From positions 2,852,001 through 2,916,000 of the forward strand of contig OZ024750.1 in NCBI GenBank assembly GCA_964016885.1: a stretch of 64,000 nucleotides of DNA, in the 5' to 3' direction. This DNA comes from Eledone cirrhosa (taxonomy: Eukaryota). Made by a program: the position numbers and the translations under genes. The notes below the pieces were generated by a model. It was given only the letters and a program-made list of their open reading frames with translations, was not told the origin of the DNA and ran no database searches. Below are positions 40,724 through 52,316 of the stretch, piece after piece (within the stretch, counting starts at the first letter, position 1; every line of letters begins with the position of its first letter).

Positions 40724-40843
40724 GGACCAAGTCAACTGACTAGCCAGAACAGCTGCTAATTCTGCAGTGGCGTTTGCCAAGAAAACACTATTGATTTGCT
40801 TGCTTAGCTTCTTTCTTTCTTGAGTGAGTGATAGATTTAGCAT
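40724..40843 (-). CDS. second candidate alternative first coding exon of dystrophin
   Basis: accATG with an upstream in-frame stop; 40 open codons MLNLSLTQERKKLSKQINSVFLANATAELAAVLASQLTWS; phase-0 donor TCC|GTATGT; a GC-richer island amid AT-rich repeats. Confidence 0.35.
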
Positions 40844-41057
40844 GGTAATATGTTTGATTTATTTACTAGGTTTTTCTGTGTGTGTGAGTGTGTGTGTGAG
40901 TGTATGTGTTATACATTTCTTGACTCTATTTAAGATATATAACCCAGAAAAGTACATAAGTTCACAGACTGACCAAATACATATTTCATTTTAACTGAGA
41001 GAAGAAAAAAGCTATAGTATATATATATAAATATATATATACATAAACATAAATAAA

Positions 41058-41097
<40 letters not shown>

Positions 41098-41153
41098 AAT
41101 AAATATATATATAAATATATAAAAATATATAAATATATAAAAATAAAAATATA

Positions 41154-41197
<44 letters not shown>

Positions 41198-41231
41198 AAT
41201 AAATATATATATAAATATATAAAAATAAAAA

Positions 41232-41266
<35 letters not shown>

Positions 41267-42152
41267 GATATATGGAAAGAAAGAAAGTTGTCTTCTCTTA
41301 AAAACATAATTTGCAAAGAGCAAAAACAGCGAACAGTTTTGTTAGCTGAAACAGCTGTCTTCTTTCTACGATGGTTTTGATGATGCAGACAGTCTAAAAA
41401 TCTTGATCAATATATAATGTAAGCAGAAATTACAGCATTTATGGCATTTCAGAACAGCAGTTCTCAAAGCAATAATATGGATTCAAAAGGATCTGATATT
41501 GTATTGATTTCTTTAAAATATTACTAAAAGAAACCACGCAAAAAAAAAAAAAAAAAAAAAAAAATATCAAACCACAGTGAAATAAGAAAGCTGTCATCAA
41601 CATGCTTATTTACTCCATTATGATTTACCAAGCATCTATTTAAAGTTACTATATATGTGTAAAAGTGTTTAACTGGTCATATTCTAATCAGATATGTGCT
41701 TATTATAGGTGTTTGATATTTTTTTTTACAATTCATCAATCCTTATGGAAGTGAACGACTTCCAATTACATCTATTTATTCATCAATGACAAATGTCTAT
41801 TGAATTTATATCTTTCCTATCTTTTACTGAGCCAATAACAAATTAAAAAATATCTTTTATATATCTATAATGTGTCAAGAGTTACTTTCTCCACATATAC
41901 ACACTTTAACCCTTTCGATACCAACCTGTCCCCAAAGCAATTCTGGTTCTATGAAAGAAAATCATTTGTGTCCTACTTTATTAATAAAACAACCTATTAC
42001 CTGGCTTAATGCTACCATCTTGCCCATTCTGTTGCAAGTACTGAGTTCAAGTCTCTACATTGAGAGTACCTTATTTCCACTTCCCCTTCACCCACCAGTC
42101 TTTAAAATCCTGAAAAGTTTTATGGGCATTATCCTGTCTTATTAACCTTTAG

Positions 42153-42872
42153 CATTTACATTACTCTATATATACTATTGTATTTGTATGGTAAAGGCTT
42201 TATCTTACATAATATCTCACATAACATTTACATTACTCTATATATACTATTGTATTTTCATGCTAAAGGCTTTACCTTACATAATATCTCACATAACATT
42301 TACATTACTCTATATATACTATTGTATTTGTATGGTAAAGGCTTTATCTTACATAATATCTCACATAAAATTTACATTACTCTATATATACTATTGTATT
42401 TTCATGCTAAAGGCTTTACCTCACATAATATCTCACATAACATTTACATTACTCTATATATACTATTGTATTTTCATGCTAAAGGCTTTACCTCACATAA
42501 TATCTCACATAACATTTACATTACTCTATATATACTATTGTATTTTCATGCTAAAGGCTTTACCTCACATAATATCTCACATAAAATTTACATTACTCTA
42601 TATATACTATTGTATTTTCATGCTAAAGGCTTTACCTCACATAATATCTCACATAACATTTACATTACTCTATATATACTATTGTATTTTCACAGTAAAG
42701 GCTTTACCTCACATAATATCTCACATAACATTTACATTACTCTATATATACTATTGTATTTTCACAGTAAAGGCTTTACCTCACATAATATCTCACATAA
42801 CATTTACATTACTCTATATATACTATTGTATTTTCACAGTAAAGGCTTTACCTCACATAATATCTCACATAA
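42153..42872. repeat. 72-bp tandem array (10 copies) inside a family 1 MITE
   Basis: Units start at 42153, 42225, 42297 and so on; the MITE ends remain at 42142 and 43018. Confidence 0.95.
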
Positions 42873-44504
42873 TATTGAATCTATGAGATTTTGATATCTA
42901 TTTTGAGAACAATACCTTAACATCCGTATCAGCGACCGGTCCAGTTACAGCCGGTTTGAACAGAAAGAGGTGAGAGAATTCTGGCTGGATACAGCCAGTT
43001 TAAATGCTAAAGGGCTAAACAATAAAAAAAACAACATAAAAATCCCCAACATAATTCAGAAAGTAATCTCATTAAAAGACATTATCTTCTGCTTCAATAA
43101 TGCCTACTTTTTGGCCCTATCTTATTTTCCATTAAGCTGAAGCTCTTGAAAAACAACAACAGTATTCACCATATCCAAGACAACTTCAGAAGTTTTCCTT
43201 TTTCTTTCTGGACAACCACATTAAAAATGCATTAAACTTTTACGTATCAAATCTATCTTCCTCCGATTATGTAGATACAATGCATCAGCTTTACACTGTA
43301 TGTTGGACATATATTTCTGCTTGATTAAACCTATGTAATAACTCTTCTTGACATAATACCAAAGTTCAATTGACTTCTCTACTAGCCAAATAGAAATAAT
43401 AGAGCTTGATGCATTATGTAAAAATATTTATTCTTGTCAAGGTAATATCACACAAGTTTTTATTTGCTATAATTATTCAAGGACATGAACTTAATTTAGT
43501 GTTGTAAAACATAAGTTTATATTTCAGTATCATACACTTTCTAAATATAGTTTATGTTTATTATTTGATAAGTAGAAACTTAATTATAATATATGTTTAC
43601 GGTAATGACTATGCACCAACCTAATTATATGATACCCTTAACATAATTATCATACATTAATGAAAGCAGTATACAGTTACAACTTTCCCAATGGTGTAAT
43701 AAAGAGTAAATCATTCCAGTAGTTGATGATTGTAGTTTTGTCTCTTGTCTGTGTTAGGTCCGCTATAGTAATAACTAAGGTTAAATTTATTCTTAGTCAT
43801 GCAGACGCTAGAGAGAAATGAATAAACTATGATTTGAAAAGCAAACTGTGCTAACTTGAAAGAAACATACTGAGTGAATGTAAAATGAAAAAGCAGCTGG
43901 GATTAGAAGCATTTGTTGCTACACACAAAAGAACTGATCATATTCATACAGAGAATTCCTGGAAATGGATAATGTAAGCTAGTAGCAAAACGTGATGACA
44001 GATTAGAATGATGACAGCAGTAGGCTAAAGAAAACTGAAAGTATGATGGTTTCCTAGAAGAACTGATCAACGGCAAGATAGTAAAAGGTGGTCTTATAGA
44101 CACATCTAAAAAGGTGGTCTTATAGACACATCTAAAACACACATTTCTAAGAAAATGATGCTATTGATTGTTAATGATGATACTAACAATTAAATTGATC
44201 AGATAAATTTAAATTAAATACGATTGAGAAAAAAAAAGTTTTCATAAATACATATAAAAATATTCCAATGAAAATCTTTTAGTTCTTCGAAAACGTTTCC
44301 ATATATATTACCATTTATTGTGTTGCCAGCCTGAACCAAGCTAAACTTTAGTAGTACAAAAGGGGTTACAAACAAAGGGCTTTATATAGAACTAATGGAG
44401 CAGCTTGGAGCAGTGTTATACTGCTAATAACCTCCTGAAATGTAATTTTAATGACATTATCTCACATCATTCACAGTGGATATTAGAATATACTATCAGG
44501 TTAT

Positions 44505-44976
44505 TAAATTTCTTCTTCTTCGCCCACTCATTCCTGAGAGGGTCATGGGAGGGCAGAGTCCTCAAACACTGCTTCCAGTGGGTCTCCAAATGATGCAGCT
44601 GGATCCCAAAGCAAATCCAGCCAAGCTCATGAATGTTACCCAACCATCTTGCTTGGGGTCTACCCCTAGGTCTCCTGCCGGTTAATTTTGCCCAGAAAAT
44701 CTGTCCAGCAATTCTTTCCTCAGACATTCTAACCACAACCCCATAGTATCGGAGCTGTGATCTCTCAATTTAGAGAAGTAGCAGCTCTACCTGGAGTGAC
44801 TCTCCTGCAATTTTTTCCTGAAACATTCTAACCACATGTCCATAGAATCGGAGCTGTGATCTCTCAATTTAGAGAAGTAGCAGCTCTACCTGGAGTGACT
44901 CTCCTGCAATTTTTTCCTGAAACATTCTAACCACATGTCCATAGTATCAGAGTTGTGATCTCTCAATTCAGAGAAG
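44505..44976 (-). mobile_element. RTE-like LINE 3' fragment with an internal 99-bp tandem (~2.5 copies); relatives about 50625-50790, 26500-26570
   Basis: Translates VRMSEERIAGQIFWAKLTGRRPRGRPQARW; ACATTCTAACCAC recurs at 44724, 44823 and 44922. Confidence 0.75.
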
Positions 44977-45220
44977 TAAGTTTTCCAGACAGTAAGTAAA
45001 TAATATAATATAAATGTCATATGATAAAGACTTTATAAAGAAGAAGTGAAGGTAGAATTTATTTGGTTTGGTAGCTTCCGACTTCCTGTTTCATTTCCAT
45101 TTCTCTGTCTAAAGCGAAGAGGGAAAATAATTAAGAAAATTAGTCTTCTTAGTATTCCATGACTGCTACAGTATTTGGACTGTACAATATAAACAACAGC
45201 TTCACACTCTGCTGTCCTGT

Positions 45221-45285
<65 letters not shown>

Positions 45286-45384
45286 TATTAAAGAGTTAAA
45301 CAAGATTCAATGAGTACATCAAAGAATGAGTTTTACAGTAGATTGAAAGCACTCTACAGTAAATATATTTTCCAGAGTTATTAA

Positions 45385-45510
45385 TATTAATTTCAAATAT
45401 TAACAAAATAGATGTTCTTGTTATCAATTAAATTTTATTATACATAATTATGTATAATAAAATTTAATTGATCACAAGAACATCTATTTTGTTAATATTT
45501 GAATTTAATA
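45385..45510. repeat. 126-bp AT-rich palindrome, 2 mismatches
   Basis: Axis between 45447 and 45448 (TACATAA|TTATGTA); arms checked base by base. Confidence 0.92.
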
Positions 45511-45704
45511 TATATATCCTATATATATTCCTAACACCAAACACACTGTAAACGTGGTTGGTGTTAGGAAGGGCATCCAGCCATAGAAAACCTGCCAGAC
45601 AGTCCTATACGAGCAAGACAACCAATCTTGCCTCACATGGGACAATTCCCGTCTAAACCCATGCTAGCGTGGAAGATAGACGTTAATTGATGATGATGAT
45701 CCGG

Positions 45705-45739
<35 letters not shown>

Positions 45740-45780
45740 TGAAAAAGAACAAAGGAACTATTATGACATTATAACAAGTT

Positions 45781-45834
45781 TATTGCCGACTGCCGTTTCG
45801 TCCAACCATATGGTGGGACTTTTCAAGGCATATA
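45781..45834 (-). ncRNA. type I hammerhead ribozyme motif with U3:A8 core covariation (family D element, 45737-46240)
   Basis: Minus strand: ugcc-UUGAAAA-gucc c acca ua uggu u ggac-GAAA-c ggca g-UC-ggca, immediately followed by AAUAAA. Stems I, II and III all pair; GUC cleavage triplet. Confidence 0.65.
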
Positions 45835-46238
45835 ACATGTGATTGTAAGTTCATTATTTACATCAACGTATCACTCAAGACTAGCAGTTTGAAATTGTGG
45901 TATACATCAGCAGCTCCGCTTGTATAGTTGGGGTCTATATTCTAAGGGGGCTCTTTTATATTAGTTGTCGGGGTCAGGGATTGAAGGTTAAAAATTAGAT
46001 AATATATAATTTACGCATTAACAGTAAACTAAAAGACTTGGGATCCCGTAAAAGCACCTTAAAAAATCCCTCAATAAGTGCATAAAGCTTACAGGCTCCA
46101 ATAGACCTAATAAACCAGAAGAAATTAAGAGGCTAATAAAATAAAAAATAAAAATATAAAGTTTAACTAGCTACCGTCACATATTTGGTAGGTCAGACGT
46201 GATCATCGCGATTCACATACGACCTACCATACATCTTA

Positions 46239-46272
<34 letters not shown>

Positions 46273-46485
46273 AACGAGTAGGACCCCGACGGCTGAGCTC
46301 AAGCTGTTTCAACGGCTAATTCTGTATTAAAATATTCTGGACGATTTTAGTCCAGAATTAGCCGTTGAAACGGCTTGAGCTCAGCCGTCGGGGTCCTACT
46401 CGTTCCCATTACCCACTCTACTACCCTAAGTATTGAGTACTTTGGTGCGTTATGGTCCATCTGGTTCCTTACCACATTTCCTCCG

Positions 46486-46529
<44 letters not shown>

Positions 46530-47096
46530 TTGGACTGTACAATATGAACAACAGCTTCACACTCTGCTGTCCTGTTGTATAAATGCATTTACAGGCATCT
46601 GATGGGAATAGTCAGTTAAAGAAACACGTACTGTGTTGTGTTTTTTCTCTCTCATATACACATGTATGTACACATAGAGACAGACATATATATACGAGTA
46701 TACACACATGTATGTACACATAGAGACAGATATATATATACGAGTATACACACATATATGCACACACACACACACAGAGTAGAAACTATTACTTTTTTCT
46801 CTCTCATATATACAGACTGACACACACACACACAGAATAGAGACTATTACTTAGCTGAAACATATATATATATACATATATATATATATGTATATATATA
46901 TATGCATATATATATATATACAGTATATGCATATATATATAAATATATATGCATATATATATACAATATATACATATATATATGAGTCCTATATGAGCGA
47001 GGCACTGTCACCTGACCAGCCTTGCTTCAAGTGGGACAACTCCCGTCTAACCCATGCTAGCGTGGAAAATGGACGTTAAACGATGGATGATGACGA

Positions 47097-47149
<53 letters not shown>

Positions 47150-47260
47150 TATATATCTATCTATCCATATATGCATATATATATATATATATCTATATGA
47201 ATATATATATAAATGAAAGGTATAGAAGAAAATATTGTAGCAAAAAGCCAACAGTATTCC

Positions 47261-47328
<68 letters not shown>

Positions 47329-47350
47329 TATATATATATATATATATATA

Positions 47351-47406
<56 letters not shown>

Positions 47407-47489
47407 TATATATGCATATATATATATATATATATATGCATATATATATATATATATATATGCATATATATATATATGTATATATATGC

Positions 47490-47574
<85 letters not shown>

Positions 47575-47822
47575 GGTCAATGTTTGTGAAATTAACCACT
47601 GAGTGTATTATCAAGTGAAACACATTAGTCAAATTGTTTGACTTCTAAATGTAGCCAGAAGTGGAAACAATAACAACAAAACTATCTTCAGAGTAAACAT
47701 TCAAAATTTAGAAAGTTCTTCCATTTGTTAATGTAAAAAGACAAACAAACAAAAAATGTTGTCAAACATGGGTATGTATGTATAAGTGTGCGTTTGTTTA
47801 TGTGTATGTGTGTGTGGATATG

Positions 47823-47854
<32 letters not shown>

Positions 47855-47922
47855 TGTATGTATATATGTATGCGTATGTATATATATATATGTGTGTATA
47901 TCATCATCATTCATCATATATA

Positions 47923-47987
<65 letters not shown>

Positions 47988-49163
47988 TTGTGTGATATCA
48001 TCATCATCATTTAATGTCCATGCACACATACACACACACATACAAAAACACACAAACACACACATATATATATATTTCTATGATATTAGTGGGTAAGCCT
48101 GACATTTGTATAGCAAAATATTTGACTTTTTTTTTTTTTAAATAGTTAATGAAATGATAGATGACCCCGAGGGAGGAAAAGAAAGCAATAAACCTGATTG
48201 AAAGGCCATTAAATTTCGGTATCAGATCTTAAGATATTAAAACTGTACTGAGTTCCCAGTTATCTTATATTTCAAACCTACCAATGTTTCTATCTTTCTC
48301 CCCCTTTTTATTGTTGTTTTTTCAGTAAGTGCACCCTTAGGAAATATATTGTAAGCACTCTGGTACTTTGTAATGTATTTGGTAATTTTTTTAGGAGTTT
48401 ATTTTCATTCTGTCAATCTTGTAACCATAAAATAGCTTAGTGTTGTAAAGACTGACAATTTTGTAACACCTTGATGTGTTGACCCTGCTCAAAAGACATT
48501 GTTTTCTGATACATCCGTGACAACTGAACCTAAATAAAGTCCAGTAAAAAGAGAGTAAAAAGGGGTCCTGTGAATAAAGAGGATATTTTGATTGCATTCT
48601 AATGAAGGCTTGGGAAAATATTGGTTGGACAAGAACCTCACAATTTGGAAATATTTCCTATAATCTTAACAATGGAGAAGAATTTAAACTGGGAAACTAC
48701 AAACAGTAATTAACACACGAGACAAAGAGATAGTAGAGTGAATAGAAAAGTTAGATTTCTAATTTCTGTAACATTTCCATCAAGTACATACTAATATTCA
48801 GAGTACACAGGTTTTAATGAATCAAATTGTTAACAAAAGGCCCCCATCTCTGCAATACACACACACATGTGTATATGTGTGTGTGTGTGTGTCCATATAC
48901 ATATATTCATAATATATACATACACACATATCTACAGAAACAAATGAAACTGTGAGTTGCCTGCAAACTAACAAACTAACATATTTAAACAAACAAATTC
49001 TATGGAAATTACACATAGTTGTATTTTTTATACAGCTGTACTTATCCACACAATATATCTTCATTCTTACGGGGTCGATAAAATAAAGTACCAGTAATGT
49101 ACTGGGTATTTGATGGCCTTGTGCCAAAAGTAGAAACATTTATTATTATATTACAGATACAAA

Positions 49164-50073
49164 GGGCGGAGGATTGGCAGTATCGGTAGAGGGTCGGACA
49201 CCATGCTAGGGTGGAGGATTGGCAGTATCGGTAGAGGGTCGGACACCATGCTAGGGTGGAGGATTGGCAGTATCGGTAGAGGGTCGGACACCATGCTAGG
49301 GTGGAGGATTGGCAGTATCGGTAGAGAGTCGGACACCATGCTAGGGTGGAGGATTGGCAGTATCGGCAGAGGGTCGGACACCATGCTAGGGTGGAGGATT
49401 GGCAGTATCGGTAGAGGGTCGGACACCATGCTAAGGTGGAGGATTGGCAGTATCGGTAGAGGGTCGGACACCATGCTCGGGTGGAAGATTGGCAGTATCG
49501 GCAGAGGGTCGGACACCATGCTAGGGCGGAGGATTGGCAGTATCGGCAGAGGGTCGGACACCATGCTAGGGCGGAGGATTGGCAGTATCGGTAGAGGGTC
49601 GGACACCATGCTAGGGCGGAGGATTGGCAGTATCGGCAGAGGGTCGGACACCATGCTAGGGCGGAGGATTGGCAGTATCGGTAGAGGGTCGGACACCATG
49701 CTAGGGCGGAGGATTGGCAGTATCGGCAGAGGGTCGGACACCATGCTAGGGCGGAGGATTGGCAGTATCGGCAGAGGGTCGGACACCATGCTAGGGCGGA
49801 GGATTGGCAGTATCGGCAGAGGGTCGGACACCATGCTAGGGCGGAGGATTGGCAGTATCGGTAGAGGGTCGGACACCATGCTAGGGCGGAGGATTGGCAG
49901 TATCGGTAGAGGGTCGGACACCATGCTTTGACGTATAGAGTTACGGCCCTTGCCATTCTGAGTTCAAATCCCGCCGAGATTAACTTGGCCTTTCATCCTT
50001 TCGGCATCGATAAAATAAAGTACCAGTAATGTACTGGGTAATTGCTGGCCTTGTGCCAAAAGTAAAAACAATT
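49164..50073 (+). mobile_element. SINE family 1 copy with its 45-bp head amplified to 17 tandem copies (49164-49926)
   Basis: Unit GGYGGAGGATTGGCAGTATCGGYAGAGGGTCGGACACCATGCTAG matches the first ~42 nt of the SINE at 5200; a normal box B, body and tail follow. Confidence 0.93.
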
Positions 50074-51012
50074 ATGAAGGCTAAAAGGTGAGTCTTGTTA
50101 CTCTGGAATTTTGAAAATGAATGCATGCAAGATTTCACAGCTCTAGCATCACACCTTCATAATCAGCCTATGAACCTTCCAGCTCACCCTCGTACACACG
50201 CACACCTATGTATAATTATCTGTATCTATCTACAAGGGTGTATCTGTCTGTGTGTAAGATTGCTAGACATAATTGCTGACACGGAATAGTTTCTGGATTA
50301 TTCCCCGTTTAATGAGGCTGGCTGTTGATTTAACAACAGTGGTCACATGTTTCCTCTCAAAGAAAGAAAGAAGCTATTTTCATATAAACCATTTTACCTG
50401 CTGTTAATTTATCATTTACATTTAAAATCGAGAAAAGATAATAATGGAGAGATTTGCTTCTTTCTGACATACTAATATCTATTGCTTGATTCTTACAGTA
50501 ACCGAAACAATATAACTTAAATTTTATCTTCCTAGTTTCTACTGATTAATCTTAGAAAACAGGCATTTCCTAGATCTGAGGTTTGAGTTCTAGCATCTAG
50601 TAGTCTGTATCGCAGTAGTAGTAGTTCTTTACCCATTTATTCCTGAGAGGGTCGTGGGGGCAGAATCCTCAAACATTCCTTCCAAGTGGGTCCTGTCAGA
50701 AGCAACCATCTCCAACTGATCCAGCTGGATCCCCAAGCGAGACTAGTCAAGCTCATGGATATTATCCCACCATCTTGCTCAGGGTCTCCCTCTGTCATCC
50801 AAAATATTTTCATTCCATTTCCTTATGCCATCCACATATCAATACTAGTTTATTACAATTACAAATATTACGTGCAAGTTTTTCTGTATCAAAGATTGAA
50901 GAAGAAATTGCAAGTAATATTTATAATATACATCTACTGACACTAGTACCTTCTGGTGCCAGTAGATGTCACTTTTTTCTTTTATCTAGTGCATGGTGAC
51001 CATCACCATCAT

Positions 51013-51126
51013 GTTTCCATAGCAACAAAGTCATCTAACCTGCATACATCAATGTGTAATCAATCAATACATTTAATGCTCAGTTGCTTCCTTCCTAAGT
51101 TCATTTGTTCAGTCATTAATGCAAAT
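51013..51126. promoter_or_regulatory. possible enhancer motif cluster: RFX X-box, AATCAATCAAT, POU octamer
   Basis: GTTTCCATAGCAAC (51013-51026) and ATGCAAAT (51119-51126) in non-repetitive sequence; motif match only. Confidence 0.25.
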
Positions 51127-51415
51127 TAAATATGCCATGTCAGCCAGATCCCCTATTATAGCTGTTGTGTGTTTACCCCAGCAATAAATTGGGCAACCTA
51201 TATTTACTAACTTGAGCAGTTCATTTATTTAATTTTATGGCAGCTCTATTGCTAATCCCTTATACATGTCTATGAAAGTTGGAGCCTCTAGAGGCCTGAC
51301 AATGAACAATAAATCCCACTGAATATTTAGGGTAATCATTTGTTTCCACTGACTACCGAGTATTGAGTTCCTACCTATTCTTTTCTTACATAGAAAACAA
51401 GGCTACTTTCTAGAT

Positions 51416-51550
51416 CAGCAGTCACCAACCAGTGGTCCACAGAAAAATTTTAATGTATTTATCTTTTTCTTTAAATCCATATTAGTGGTCCGTGGGATTT
51501 AAAACCATGAATTTAGTGGTCCAAGAAGTCCGAAAGTTTGGTGACCACTG
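51416..51550. mobile_element. hAT (Charlie-like) MITE
   Basis: TIRs CAGCAGTCACCAA / TTGGTGACCACTG; degenerate 8-bp TSD TTCTAGAT / TCCTAGAG. Confidence 0.7.
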
Positions 51551-52097
51551 TCCTAGAGGTCACATGAGATTTTGTGATCTTTGCTATTAATTTTAATTTT
51601 TGCCATTTTGACATTAAGGTCTTTAATCTTTAGATCCTTGTTAAAAATTTGGAACTTTCTAATTAGCTCTTCCTCAAATTCTGTAACCAGTATGTTAGAA
51701 TATAGAGGTTCCAAAGGGCATCCAAGCTTGGATTTCTATACCTGTAACTCAAATAGTTTTCCTAATATATTTACTGTCTTAAAACTTACAATAAACACTT
51801 TGCATAATCCTTCATTCTTATAACTTACCTCTTCTCATACCACCCTCATTCTCAGACCTTCACTCAGCCACCTAAACTCGAGTATTAGTTTCAAATAACC
51901 TAAACTGTCAAAGTGTAAGCACTGTATAACATGTGTAACATCCATGAGGGGCTCGCTGGATCAATTGAAGACGGTTGCTTCTGACAGGACTGGTTGCAGG
52001 GAATGTTTGAGAACATTACCCCCTTGACCCTCTAGCATATGGGTGAAGAAGAAGAAGGGAAAGAGAGAGATGGAGAGAGAGATGGTTATCTTTATAT

Positions 52098-52129
<32 letters not shown>

Positions 52130-52191
52130 GTGTATGTATATAGTTCAAGGAAACAACAAAACAGAAGTACAAAAAGTCATTAGTTTCACGC

Positions 52192-52316
<125 letters not shown>

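Noticed and set aside
42178-42894. 232-238 aa ORFs
   Set aside because: Translations of the 72-bp MITE-derived array.
49042-49956. 242-304 aa ORFs; possible tRNA gene cluster
   Set aside because: 45-bp SINE-head array; the units lack box B and a cloverleaf.
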